A stretch of DNA of 64,000 nucleotides from Octopus vulgaris (GCA_951406725.2 OX597818.1:141732001-141796000), one strand, 5' to 3'. Counted from the stretch's first letter, positions 13,225 through 27,062 are shown. The notes: generated by a model not told the origin, from the sequence alone. Numbers and translations are program-made.

Positions 13225-15195
13225 TTACCATTGATTTAATTTCAGGTTTAGATTTCTTATAAAGTATTCTTTTGCCTTTCGTAGTTGTACATTTTCATCG
13301 TTTATTTTATAGAATGGGAATATTTTAAATTTTCCATCTGCACAGATATTTGGATGCTGACTGCGAAGGACATTCGTAAGAGATGAATCCCTAATTTGTT
13401 GTTTATGCACATCTACACGCTGGTCAGTTTCCTTCCTGTCTCTCCCATGTAGCTTTCATTGCATTGTGGGCACGTGATGCAGCAAATGAGGTTTTTGTTT
13501 TGTATTCGCTTTTAATTTCTTCCCATTCTTGAGTCTTTTGGTTGTCCTTTGCTCAATTAATTCGCATGTCCCACAACAGGGGTCTCCACAGTTGATTACT
13601 GGCAGCGTTTCTTTTTTCAAATGTGAATCTCGCCTTTGTTAGGTGTCTCTTGAGATTTGGTGGTTGTCTTCGACTGTTGATAATTTGCGATTTTTTAATT
13701 ATTGTTGGAGATTTGGTGATTGGTGTAGAATTGGGATGTATCGTTTGGATGAGTGCAGGATGTTGTGGTTCCTAGAACTGTGGGTGACTACAAATGAAAT
13801 ATTTGTATTTGTATTTTTATTTTCACACCTAGCCTAAGTGTTTCTCCGTCAGGTACAGATCGGGGTTTCCTTTGCTTTTGTTATGGCATGTTGAATTAAC
13901 TTGTTAGGATATTTTTGTTACTGAAGGAATATATTAAGTTTTGCTAGTCGTTTCCCTTGTTTAATAGAATCTGTGACTATTGAGCATATGCGCCATGCCA
14001 TATTAATAGTATGTTCCTTTTTGTGTGGGAAGTGTGGCAAGATCTAAAATCTAAATATTGGTCTGTATCAGTGTTCTTGTAGTAGAGGTCAGTTGTAACT
14101 ATCTCATTTTCTTTGATTATCGGAATATCCAGAAATGGGAGTTCCTTTTCATTCATTTCCATAATGGACTAGATTGAGACATGAATGCTATTTATTAATT
14201 TGAGAAATTTTGTAAGGTCCTCCTTATTTCGGTTCCAAAATCAGTCATCTAATAACCTTTCCCAGTTTCCTATAAGGTAGGTATGGAAGTGGTGACCAAA
14301 ACTAGTTCTGGATAGGGTGTAGGCTTTTACTTCTAGGCATCCTATTACTAGTATGGCAAATGTTGGTGCGACTTTCGTCCCAATCGCAGTGCCTTGTATT
14401 TGTAGATAATATTGATTAACAGATAAGTAGTTGTTACCCAGTACTATCTGTAAACCTTCAAGTATAAATTCTTTTGAGAATCTCTCCTGAATTCTTTGTG
14501 GGTGTTTTTATAGCCAGAATTTTACAGCTTCTAGTCCATACATATGGGAAATATGTGTGTAGAGATTAGTTACGTCGAACCTAACTAGTACTGTCACTTA
14601 ATCTACTCATTCTGAGATATGGTCTTAGAAGTCCATGTCATCTCTGATGAAACTGGGGACTAATCTGCATAAAGATTTTAAAATTATGTCAAGCAAATTG
14701 CTATATCTTTGGGTGCTGGATGCTGGTCCTACAACAATCGGACGCAGTTGGTTTGGGAATTTTTATATATGGAGTATGGAGGTCTTTTAAGCTGTTGTTG
14801 ATCTGTTTGGGTTTATGAGGTAATCCAACTCCTTTTTTGTTAAGTCATCCTTGAAGCTTTCGCAAATTTACCAGTTTTGCTCATAGTTCGCTCCTCAGCT
14901 TTGCTAGCTAGTTTTCTGGAGAATTGCTGGTCAGTGAGTTGTTCTAAGACCATTTCCCTGTAACGGGTCTTGTCCATTATTACAATGGCTCCTCCTTTGT
15001 CAGCTTCATTTATAACTATAGATGAGTCATCTTGTAGATATTGTAATGCGTTTTGTTCCTCATCTCTAGTATTTTGTTTTACAGGGTTTACTGAAATGTT
15101 TCAGTTATCAGATCGTTTCAGGCATATCGTATATTCCTCCACGGGTTTGTTTCTGTTCATCGGAGGTTTAAAACCTGTTTTGTCCTGCACAAGCG
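13225..15195 (-). pseudogene. Degenerate Penelope-like element (RT + GIY-YIG)
   Basis: Minus strand fragments ELPFLDIPI..TDLYYKNTDTDQYLDFRSCH, CGDPCCGTC, LICCITCPQCNESYMGETG and FKIFPFY; multiple stops and frameshifts. Confidence 0.9.
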
Positions 15196-15828
15196 ATGGT
15201 TCATCATTGTGTGTGCGTGCGTGTGTGTGTGCACGTGCGCTTGCGTGTGTATGTGTGTGTTGTGTGTGTGTGTGTGTATATATATATACATACATATATA
15301 TATACACATATATATATATATCATATCTACATATATGACTATATATAGAGAGAGAGAAAAAGAGAGAGAGAAGAAGAAGAAGAAGAAGAAGAAGAAGAAG
15401 AAGAAGAAGAAGAAGAAGAAGAAGAAGAAAATGGACATTGGGAAGTTAATAATTGTCTGTTATTAACAGCAAATTAATCAACTTCACATGCAGCTATTTC
15501 AAACCATTCCTTCATGCGGTTAACACAATCTCTAGCCGTATATATATATATATATATATAATGTAAGCAGAGTTAGAGGTTATAATAACTGATTAAGGGA
15601 TAAAATATTCGTATATACTATTGGTATCCGTTACTCAAGTTATCTCAGGTCATGGGTATGCTGCCACACTATGCTCGTAGAGTACAGGTAACAACAGAAT
15701 AAACAAAAGTTTATAAGGAAATAAATATAAATAATCAGGTAATGGAGAAAACCTCAGATCAATATGTACATCAATTGGACCACATTTATTTAATACAAAA
15801 CATGGCATAACATTTATGTGACAACAAA

Positions 15829-15940
15829 TCTTACGGCCGTTTCCGCATCCGGTGCCGATCAATGTTTACAAATAACTGCGAAAATAAAATTCCTCATCTT
15901 CATAGGACATTTGAATCAGGGCAGGGTGCTTCATCAGAGA
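15829..15940 (-). ncRNA. Hammerhead ribozyme-like motif with long stem II insert
   Basis: Minus strand TCT-CTGATGA-AGCA...(about 80 nt)...TGCG-GAAA-CGGCCG-TA-AGA; palindromic stem III. Confidence 0.6.
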
Positions 15941-16855
15941 AAAACAAAAGCATCTAAAATGGACAAAAAACAATGAAGAAGGAACAGGAAAGAAAACTAG
16001 AAAAGAGATCTAGAAGCCCAAAATATTAAAAGCATCTAATCTACCATCTTAGGGCTTCGAAAGTCCGTAGGTAAGAGAGTGAACTAGCACTGGTCAAGGG
16101 AGTAAAAAGAAACTGTTTTAAAGATATGAAAAGAAATTATCAAAAAATAATAATAGAAGGAAACTTACTAACATGACTGTCAATGGGCATTACCTATCCA
16201 AAACATAACCGCAGGGTGCTTAAGATAGTGTTCTCACAGAAATATTCCAGAGAACCCACCTGTTGTTCACAATGGGAAGGTTAAGTTCAGCGACCTCTAC
16301 AATTTGTCAACTTATATTAGAACCGGGGGCATATGTTAAAACCGTTACAATGGATATGTAAATAAAGATAATTAATAAGTAAAGAGTACAATAAAATATA
16401 ACAAAATATAATTAATTAACAAGTAAATCAGACATGGGGTAATGTTGTTCCTAAATGTGTAGGGCTAATTAATGTCTAAAATGTATAAGATAAGCAAGAG
16501 GCACATGCTGGATTCGTCTCGTATTTTGATCTTGGCGTACCTTTATTCGCTAAAAAAAGGTCTGAAACCATGGCCCAGGAAATAGATGGTAAATGTTTTT
16601 ATCTTTCATTCCCTTCGAGATTTTATCCCTAATTAGTGGTTTGAACTTCAGCAGTCCCTTATAGCGTAAAGGAGTCCTACGATGGATACCTCTTATTGTG
16701 TTTAAATATACACTGTATTTTATATGAATAATATATAGTTTATTGTCTAATTTTTCTATACGCTAAGCCACTTGCAGTAAAAAAATTTTAAATCTTTATT
16801 ACCCTGATATTATTAATTGTGTGTGTGTGTATGTGTGTGTGTACAGTGTACATTT

Positions 16856-16982
16856 AAACATATAAGGGATGGCCATAATAGGACATCTAACCCGATAGAA
16901 GGAGTGGTTAAAATCCAAACCATTATTAACTACTCTTTCTAGCAGATTAGATGTCCTATAATGGCCATCTCTTATGCGTTTT
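16856..16982. repeat. About 55-bp-arm inverted repeat (hairpin)
   Basis: ataagggatggccataataggacatctaa...ggagtggttaa pairs with ttaactactc...ttagatgtcctataatggccatctcttat. Confidence 0.8.
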
Positions 16983-17043
16983 ACACGCTAGGCCACTGAT
17001 AGGGAAACATTTCTAAATTATTTTTTACTACACTGAAATTTAT

Positions 17044-17126
<83 letters not shown>

Positions 17127-17363
17127 TTAAATATCCAAAAGAGGTAGAATCAACAAAAGAAAGTACTCCATCCTAGTGAGAGATGCCTGTTCAAGTATCA
17201 TAATACCATGATACTAATAGTAGCACTTACAATATTTAAACTGATATATATAGAGAGAAATCGAGAGATAGATAGATAGGTATATGTGTGTATGTCCACA
17301 CACATATATATATATAAGTATATATGTGTGTGTATATGTACACACACAGGCATAAGTAAGTGT

Positions 17364-17395
<32 letters not shown>

Positions 17396-17732
17396 ATATA
17401 TATATGTATGCATATAATATATATATATGTATATACACACATGTATAAATATATGTAATAGATGTGTGTGTATATATTTATATATAATATGATATATATA
17501 TGCATATATACACACACAGATAGTCAGATAGACAAACAGACTGACAAAAACATGGATAAATAGGTAAATAGAATGAGCCAGTATATCCTGCATTCAAATA
17601 CACATGTATAAGTAGGCACGAATGTATGTATGCATGTAGACATATATGTATTTATGCATCTACATATGTATGTAGTTATGAATGGACGAATGTATGAAAT
17701 CTATGAATACATATATGCGTAAATATACGAAA

Positions 17733-18129
17733 TCTTTATATATAAAAGTGAAGTTGTGTGCTGTCTGTCTCCTACGATTTAGATTCCTAACTACTCCCAC
17801 ATTTTGCGGTGCAGTTTAACCAAAACCGGGTATCTTATAGTCGTGATTCATATCGAGCCCTTCTGGGTATTAGCGCGCGTCTACGATGAGTCTACGATTT
17901 AAAAAAAAATTACCATCATTTTTTCCATTTTTATGCATTTTTTCGCTATTATATAAGGGAAGTAACTCTCTAAAAATGTCTACGATGAGTCAACGATTTT
18001 AAAAAAAAATTACCATAATTTTTTTCCATTTTTAATGCATTTTTTGCTATTTTTTGGCTATAACTCTCTAAAAATGCTTATATAGTTATTTCCCTTACAA
18101 ACCCGAGCAACGCCGGGCGATACTGCTAG
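17733..18129 (+). mobile_element. Non-autonomous Helitron, copy 1
   Basis: A|TC start, CTAG|T end, subterminal hairpin CCCG-agcaacgc-CGGG; three more copies at 60.2-62.5 kb; internal tandem duplication of the tctacgatgagtc block. Confidence 0.9.
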
Positions 18130-18669
18130 TGATTTATAAATACATACATGTATAAATTTTACTTTCTCATAATTCCGTTTATAAAAAACCATGTGTATTT
18201 TGCATCATAAGTAGTATATGCAGATAGTTGCAACATCAATTGAAGTGTAAGCTCCCATTGTTGGCTCGGTGTTTACGCGCGCGTGTGTGTGTGTGCGCGC
18301 GCGCGCAGGTACGAATGTCAACATATTTGCTTACTTATAATTTTTTTTACTGCTAATATATCTGGAGAATTTGGAAAGAAATTTTGAACATGTAATTAAA
18401 TATGAGATTAAAAGTCTCAACCTGAAAATTACATTTTCAATATTGTCCTTGATTCGTTTTTTTTAATTTTTAAATTTTTTTGTTATTTTGTTATTTGTAT
18501 ACTAAAATATGGAAATTTAAAGTAGATTTATAGAAGAAGATGAAGCCAACAAATTTTACATTCAGAATGTCTGTATGCCTATAATATATATATGTGTGTG
18601 AATATATGAATATATATGAATATATATATATATAAATGGGTGTGTATATATGTGTACTTATAAATACAT

Positions 18670-18725
<56 letters not shown>

Positions 18726-18993
18726 TTGAAACACTCCTGTAACAACCAGAGGCCTTGAAGACTACTATAATGCAAGAAAGAATACTAGTTCCTTAATATT
18801 TTATATTCAATATTTCATCTATTCAATAAGACAATCAATACTTCATTTCATTTTCCTATATATATATTATTTATACTATATATTCTATATTCTACATTAA
18901 TAATATAAAGAATATAAATAAAACATAAAAAGCAGACGGAGTTGGAATCTTTTTGAATAATATATATCCCTCTATACACAATCATACAAACCC

Positions 18994-19096
<103 letters not shown>

Positions 19097-19278
19097 ATGT
19101 ATGTATGCATGCATGCATGCATGTGTTCATGTAAATATACATGAATATACACTTGCACGCGTACGAGCGTAATTTTGTATGCATGTATATATAAAATGTT
19201 ATCCAGTCGAAGTTTGGCGAAAATAAAGACAACATAGATGTAAGTGTTTCTTGTGTTTTAAGGTGACTGTTTAAACAG

Positions 19279-19516
19279 CAGGTCGAGCTGGCAGAAACGT
19301 TAGCACGCCGGGTGAAATGCGTAGCCGTATTTCGCCTGTCGTTACGTTGTGAGTTCAAATTCCGCCGAGGTCGACTTTGCCTTTCATCCTTTCATCCTTT
19401 CGGGGTCGATAAATTAAGTACCAGTTACGCACTGGGATCGATGTAATTGACTTAATACCTATGTCTGTCCTTGTTTGTCCCCTCTGTGTTTAGCCCCTTG
19501 TGGGTAATAAAGAAAT
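19279..19516 (+). mobile_element. SINE family B with L1/Tx1-like 3' tail
   Basis: Head with gagttcaaattcc B-box-like motif; gactttgcctttcatcctttc...gataaattaagtaccag domain; tail tttgtcccctctgtgtttagccccttgtgggtaataaagaaa. Confidence 0.85.
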
Positions 19517-19860
19517 AGGTATGTTTCTATTTAATTAGCCTACTCTGCGATGTACCTCCCGTTCTAAATTTGCATTGAGAACAGCAAAAAACGAAGAACG
19601 CCTGCAACATTGACACCCTTACTGAGCGAGGAAGTCTTTACTTGTTCACTGGCTAGAAATAACAGCTAAATCTTCCATAACTCGAACCCTGTCGTGTTAC
19701 ACAAGAAATGGACACACGGGATTACATAAATATCTATTTCTAGTTCAAGATCTTTACACTTGCTCAGTTTTTGGTAGGTCTTGGCAGATATATTGTAGAT
19801 TGGGACAGTCATATCAATGAGGAGGCATGGTTTTTATCCGAAGTCTTTCAATATAATGTC

Positions 19861-19922
<62 letters not shown>

Positions 19923-20004
19923 CCTCTTGGTTTTATGCTTATAATTATTAAATAAAATCTAAACAAGTTTTCTATTCGAAAACTTTGTTGCATTCGCGGT
20001 AAAG

Positions 20005-20078
<74 letters not shown>

Positions 20079-21015
20079 GCTGAATCCTCAGTTTACGATA
20101 CTTTTCATCATGAAAATAGTCATCTTCCACGATACTTTCCAGTGTATCAAAGACTGGTGAGAAGGGAAAAAGCAAGTTACTTTCAAATTAGAAACTTGAC
20201 TGAATGCTTGTAACAGAGTGGAAACTGTTTAAAGTGCTACAGATTCAGGTGGTGATCTTAAAATGGACGATGGCATAAGCTCGCTATCCAGAAACAAGAA
20301 TATTCCTTCTAACTGACATCCACAGTTTTTGTCGATCAAATTTTGCTCATAAGGCTTTGTTTAACATGAAGCTATGATCAAAGAAAGGAAAGCGCAACTG
20401 ATGTATCAGTGTCTGTCCTTTTGTCCAGGGTGAAGGGACAGCCCCCGAAACATCAGATTCGGCTTCTACTTGTGTTTAATGAACTTATGCCAATTAGAAA
20501 TAGCAGTCAAGTCTCTGTCATATCATACTCTATTGTCTTAAAACATATTTGATGACGTAGTCCCGTTGACATTATAATAACTGTTTCTAATTTAGGAAGG
20601 ATGCCTACAATGTTTAATGTAGATTGTTGGTCGATGAGACTGACTCTTGTACCTGTATTTTATTTTTCGACCCCATAGGCATGAAGCTCAGAACAGAAAG
20701 AGGTGGAAGAAATACCGCAAGGCATTTTTCCAACGCTCTAATGATTCTGCCTAGACTTACATTTTAATAATGCTCAGAAAAAACCCCAGCGGTGCCAGAT
20801 ATATAAAAGACATGGTTATGTGAACGATAACATAATCAACGTTACGAGCCAAGAAATTCTATTTAAAATTACATTTGTATTGGTGAAAATCATCATTTAT
20901 TTAATGATTAATTCTAATTTCTAAACGCAAAGGATACAACACCGAAACTGCCATGATTTGGCAGTACGGGAGATAACTCTGACCATGTTTCTGTCTTAGT
21001 AGACCGCATCGTGAA

Positions 21016-21320
21016 GGCGATTGGCTTAGTCGTTAGAGTAATCGACGCACGATCGTAAGGTCGTGAGTTCGATTCCCAGCGGTGCGTTGTGTCCTTCAGC
21101 AAGACACTTTATTTCACGTTGCTCCACTCCACTCAGCTGGTAAAAATGTATTGTACCTGTAATTCAAAAGGCCAGCTTTGTGACATCCTGATTCACGCTG
21201 AATTTCCCTGAGAACTACGTTAAGGGTACGCGTGTCTGTGGAGTTAATTTCACGTGCAGGTTGTTCCATTGGTCGGGTCAACTGGAACCCTCGTCGTCGT
21301 AACCGTCGGAACGTGTGCCA
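21016..21320 (+). mobile_element. tRNA-derived SINE, family C (CORE-like)
   Basis: A box tggcttagtcg, B box gagttcgattccc, gtgtccttcagcaagacactt segment; related copies at 33021-33232 and 51098-51475. Confidence 0.8.
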
Positions 21321-22265
21321 CACCTCATCAACGAAACGTAGTCCAACAGTTACTACAGAACAAGACGCGTTCAGCAATATACAGAATTTTTTGTATGTCT
21401 TTTGAACTGCATACCTTTATTGGTAACCTAAAGTGCCCTTTCCCACTAAACCTCACTCTCGTCAATTTGGAATACATACCAAATTAGAAATACCAAAACT
21501 AAATTACCGTTTTTATAATATAAATTTCATTAAGTATTCTTTATTCTGTAAAGCCATCAGACTGAAAGGCTGCCATATTAGTTTTCTTCATATTATTTTC
21601 TTTTTGCCTTGTTTCATTTGTTTTGTTTCTCTTTTATAGATCGTCAAATTGTATCTTCAGTCTGCTGCATACAAATTGCCAATAATGTTTCAATCAGCAA
21701 GCATTTTTCTTGATAAAGCAGCCGATTCCATCAATATATATCATCTATCTCTTTCTCTCGAAATCTAAAATGGATTCACCGTAAATAATACGGCTTTAGT
21801 TAACTAGTGTAAAAACGATGTGTTCCTCTAATGGTCAAATATCGTCTGCTTTAATGAAAGTAAACATTTATCTGTTTTTCATTCCATTTTTTTTCTTTTT
21901 GCATTTAGTTTCTATTAGCTTCGGTTATATAAAGCAGCTAGTAGCTATCGTCTGCCCATATCCGCCTTGATTCAGCTCAGCGGGACCCATTTCGTCTCTG
22001 TCCGCTTGTGTCCGCTCTAGTCCGTTGAACATCATCAAGCTAAATTGAAAATCAATGTTAACACTGCTAAAGTTTCGATTTTACTGTCAAAGTAAATTAT
22101 ATAGAACTGATATCGAGGCCAAGCCTAAATGGATAGTCACAGAAACATATCTACTTCTAAATTGCGTATCAAGGCATGGAAACGAGCTTGCGTTGTTGAC
22201 CTGAAAGAATAAAGAAAAAACACCTAAATGAATATATATGTATGTGTGTGTGTGTGTGTGTGTAA

Positions 22266-22327
<62 letters not shown>

Positions 22328-22401
22328 TATATGTATATGTGTATATATAGATATATATATATGCATATATATATATGTATATATATATATGTATATGTAT
22401 G

Positions 22402-22432
<31 letters not shown>

Positions 22433-22514
22433 GTATATATATATATATAAATGAAGGTATGTAAATATGTATATATTCATTTATATAATACATATATATA
22501 TATATATTTATAAA

Positions 22515-22576
<62 letters not shown>

Positions 22577-23256
22577 TACATATATGTGTATGGACGTATA
22601 AAATGTATGTATATAATATAATATAGAGCAAATAAAGTAAAAGCATTTAAGTGAACAAATCGTTAAGTAATATTCTTAGTAGATTTTTGGAGAAAGATTA
22701 CCAGGGAAAAAAAACATTCTTTACAATTTACATGGAGTATAATATAAAGGTGCATCTATTGGGGATATTTTTTTCGTTGAAATCAACTTGTTTAGCGGAT
22801 AGAAAACATGTAATTATTTCCAATATCTCCATGAATAAGAAGAAATTTCATTATTGAGTATAAAAGTCACGGATGACTAACTAGATGGTAGGCGTGGTAC
22901 CATGTTAATCTAAGTTTCAGTGGTTGGAATCCTAATACCGTTTTCTGTATCAAGATAATGTATGGAGTTGTCAGTAGCAGGAGTGTTGTGTAATTGCAAA
23001 GTGTTTGGTTAGATATCGATACCGAAATGGATCTCTGTTTGCGTGAGCTACTGGAAAGGAAATAAATTAAAATCTTTGAATTTTTTTGTGAAAATACTTC
23101 ACTGATTCTATATTATTATATATTGTAGAAGGTTGATGTGATTCTAGATAACACTAATAGTATGGGAAACACAAATTTATTATTAGAAATTTGTAATTAG
23201 GAGAGTATTTATCTCATTTACATGACATTTTGTATAGTATCATTATATAGGTTTCG

Positions 23257-23436
23257 AACTTTTGCACAAGGGGGAGGGGCTTAGTCGATTACGTTAACCT
23301 CAGTGCTCAACTGGTACTTATTCTGTCGACTTCGACAAGGTCGACGTCGGCGGAGTTTGAACTCGGAACGAAAAGGCAGACGAAATGCTACTAAACATTT
23401 TGCCCGACGTGCTAACGATTCTGCCAGCTTGCCGCC
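23257..23436 (-). mobile_element. SINE family B
   Basis: Reverse complement of the family B head and body. Confidence 0.75.
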
Positions 23437-23480
23437 GATGTAGTGTCAGTATACTAATATCATTATTACTTGTGCGAAAA

Positions 23481-23685
23481 GGCGGCGAGCTGGCAGAATC
23501 ATTCGCACGCCGGACGAAATGCTTAGCGGCACTTCGTCTGCCTGTACGTCCTGAGTTCAAATTCAGACAAGGTCGACTTTGCTTGTTATCCCTGCGAGTG
23601 CGATAAATTAAGTACCAGTGAAACACTGGGGTCGATGTAATCGACCAGTCCCCTCCCCCAAATTTCAGGCATTGTGCTTTAGTAA
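23481..23685 (+). mobile_element. SINE family B with 16-bp TSD
   Basis: TSD attattacttgtgcga at 23462-23477 and 23686-23701. Confidence 0.85.
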
Positions 23686-23869
23686 ATTATTACTTGTGCG
23701 AGAGAGAAAGAAAGAAAAGGAGAGAGAAAATAAGGAAGGAAAGAAAATTTAGAAAGGAGAAAGAAAACGAAAAAAAAGAAAAGATTTAGAGAGAGGAAAA
23801 GAAGAAAAGAATGAAAGAAGGATTTTTCAGATGGTGTCAAAAGATTGGTAATATACAGAGAAGATATGC

Positions 23870-26600
23870 ATCCTTTGGTCTCAGAACTTTATTTCTAAAT
23901 TAGAATCTCAATTACCTCAGTCTTAAGAGCCTTGTCATCTTCCCTTTGTAATCTGATACCATTAAACGTCGGTGTTTGCTGTTCGTTGGCCTCAACCCTC
24001 TAAAGGTCTTCCCATTTTGCATTTTCTATAAATACCTTATCATACCTACACTTGTGTCGGCCTTTTTCCAGTGCCCTAGACTCCAGGGCCTAGAGTATCT
24101 GGTCAAAATTTTGTTTAGATTCCATACTGCTTCTAGAATGTTTTTTGGGGTTTTTTTTTGTTCTTTTTACTCAATATTTTAAGGTTACTTGGGGTTGGCA
24201 AGAGGTCGGCAACGGCACACAAGAGGCAGGATAATTTTACAATTTTCCCTGGTCATTACTCCTGAGTTTTTTCCAGAACAGTGGGCACTCATGTATCTGT
24301 TCCCATTGTATCCGTTGTTCTTGAAGAGCAAGTTCTACTGTCAATACACGACGATCCACTTCTGTTGAATTGCGGATCTTTTCCACTGTGATTTATTTCT
24401 TGTCTCATTTTGAGATTTTTTCACCGCTTGGCGTTGCAGTTGCTAAGTCCTTGACTGACTACTCCTCGTGCTTCAGTATACTTCCGCTTCCTTCACACCT
24501 TCCTTGGCTTCTACCTTCTGTCGCACCTTATGATCTTGTTGGCATGTTTGACTCTTTCGTCTTCATATAAAAGAAATGTTTTGATTGCTCTTGTTTTTGT
24601 GGCTTTGAATTGCTCCGCGATTGATGAAATTGGTTGGTGGAGCTTAGAGGCCTTGCTGAACCATTTGACTGAGCTAAAATTTGAGTAACATCAAACCACC
24701 TTCGTACAACTTTATTACACAACCACTCCATTGCCTCCACCTTAGTCAGGATAAATTCATAAAGCAAGAAAAGCCATTGTGGTCCGGGTATGGTATCAAC
24801 TGGAAGCTTCCAACTGTATTCAACTGTCCTCAGCCTCGTGTTTAGTTGGATCTTGGTGTCTTTAATATTGATAGTCCTTCGGGATACACTTATAATTCTT
24901 CCCAAGGCATCGGACTCGTCTTTTTTGTTTATTTGTTTATTTTTACTGTTGGAATATCAGACACCTGAATGCTGAATGCTGAAACTGTCATTTGCCAGCC
25001 TTCATTTGAGGATACTCTGGTTTCAAGATTTTGCTGGACTGAACTCCATACGTGACCGTGTGACCATCTTTTTTCAGCGGCCTCAGACTCAGCCGTATCC
25101 CTTGGATTGATGTTGTCATGATTGTTATGTCATCCATGGAAAACTCTGCAGATTGGATATCTTGTATAGTCATCAGTTTCAGGTCCGTTTTCGTCTCACC
25201 TCCAACAATAGGTTCATGGCCCCCACGAATAGGACCACGGAAATCGCGCATCCTATCATAATGTTCTTTTCCGGTCTTTTCATTTGATGGTTTCATTTTC
25301 AACTGTAAACCTCATCATCAGCGAATTCATGTGCGACATTATGAGTTTGACTGCTGCTCGTAGTAATTGGTGGTATTCCATTGCACATTGGATTAGGTGG
25401 CAGGGCACACTTGACTAGATTTAGCAAGAGCAATACATACCACCGAGAGTACGTTTGTCTTCCTCTTTGTCTCTTTAATGATATGGCTGCTTGCTCGTGT
25501 ATGTTTGAGGCATCCAGAATATCCTGGGAACTCTCCATTTTCGGTATTGGTGTCAATGGCCACAAGATGCGGTGTGATATCAAAAGGTTCCTGGACTAAT
25601 TAAGTTTAATGGAAAATAACCTATTTTCCTAGGTTTTAATATCATCTCCTTCGAAATAGTTACTTTGCGCAGCAATAAACTGGTCCTAGCGCTCCTGTGA
25701 CTTTTGGAATCCGGCCTGGAAATTGTTTTCCGACAACTAGTCGAGCACCTTCTGATTTGCTCTTGATTTCGTCATCGGTGTTTAAATGGTGACCTTTGAG
25801 CTGCATTTTCATCTTGGGGAACAGATAGAAGTCTACACGAACTAAATCTGGCGAATAGGGCGAGTGCAGAAGCGATACCATGTTGCTTTTGCCGAGAAAC
25901 GCGTGAGTGAGGAGAGCTCGGTGAAGAACCCAATTATTCGCGCTCCACAGATCCGGTCCATTTCGCTGAATGTCCTCCCTCAAACACTTCGAAACGTCAC
26001 GGTAGAACTCTCGATTGACGATCTAGCCCTGGGAGTCAAATTCTCGATGCACAGTACCACATTTCCGGAGGTGAGGTTCGTGGCAGGTCTTTCACGTCGC
26101 TCATCATTTTCTAGGGACGTTCTTCCGCTTTTGAGGCGCCCGTGCCACTCGAAACAGTGCGTACGTCACCATTGCCTCGTCACCATGAGCTTCTCAAAGC
26201 ATGCTGAATATCTGTGTTGCAGACTTCACAAATTTAACGCAAAATTTCACGTTGGTTCTTTGTTCCTGTCCGTGACAAAAATCACAGACTACAGCTTACA
26301 CGTGATCATAAAAACAGAAATTTCACAACTTGCGAAGTAAACACAGCGATGTCACTCTGCGCACTGCTTCGTGAAAGTCACTGATAGCTTTCATTGCACA
26401 TGCAACCGTGTGCTGCCATCTGCAACCGTGTGCGCTACAGAACTTGTCCGAGAACTTTTTGATACCACCTTGTATATCGTTAATCTTTTGGCAAAATAAA
26501 TCAAAATATCTTTCCCCCGACATCTCTCTAAACTGATCAAGTTGTGCTGTGCTTTCTTTCGGTGGGGGACAAAGCAACCCGTATCAAGTTTCAAAAGACA
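23870..26600 (-). pseudogene. Degenerate HERO-like (RLE clade) non-LTR retrotransposon, interrupted by a mariner
   Basis: Minus strand fragments in order: GCFVP..LDQFRE..AKRLT; PGYSGCLKHT; IMIGCAISVVLFVGAMNLLL; SMDDITIMT; DLLPTPSNLK; ALEKGRHKCRYD. Confidence 0.8.
25570..26472 (-). mobile_element. Internally deleted mariner transposon nested in the HERO-like RT
   Basis: ORF 25660..25983 has HSPYSPDLVRVDFYLFPKMK; imperfect TIR caaggtggtatcaaaaagttctcggac / cggtgtgatatcaaaaggttcctggac; TA flank at 26473. Confidence 0.85.
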
Positions 26601-26935
26601 AGGTTTCTGCTTTTTCCTGTTTTTTTTTATTTTGTTTTTTCTGATTTATATTAAGACAGACGGCATCACAGGTCATTCCTCAACGACTTCATAGGGAGTA
26701 AATAATTGTTCGATAACGTTTTCACAGATTGTTATAAATGTTATTTTTAAATATCCAATAATTCACCATTATAATTTGATTTATTTTATTATAATATATA
26801 ATTACCTTAATTGACATTATTCTTCTCATACTCCTCTCAATATTTCCCCTACTATAAAACAAAACATTATGTTATAGGAACAAATACACAAATACAGATA
26901 CACAAACACACACACATACACACACCACCACCACC

Positions 26936-27062
26936 ACTACCACACGACACCACACTCATACACAGATTCATAGAGAGACCACATATATAGACACACATAT
27001 TCATATGTATATATACAAGTATATATGTATGCATAAGTATAATATATATACATACATATAAA

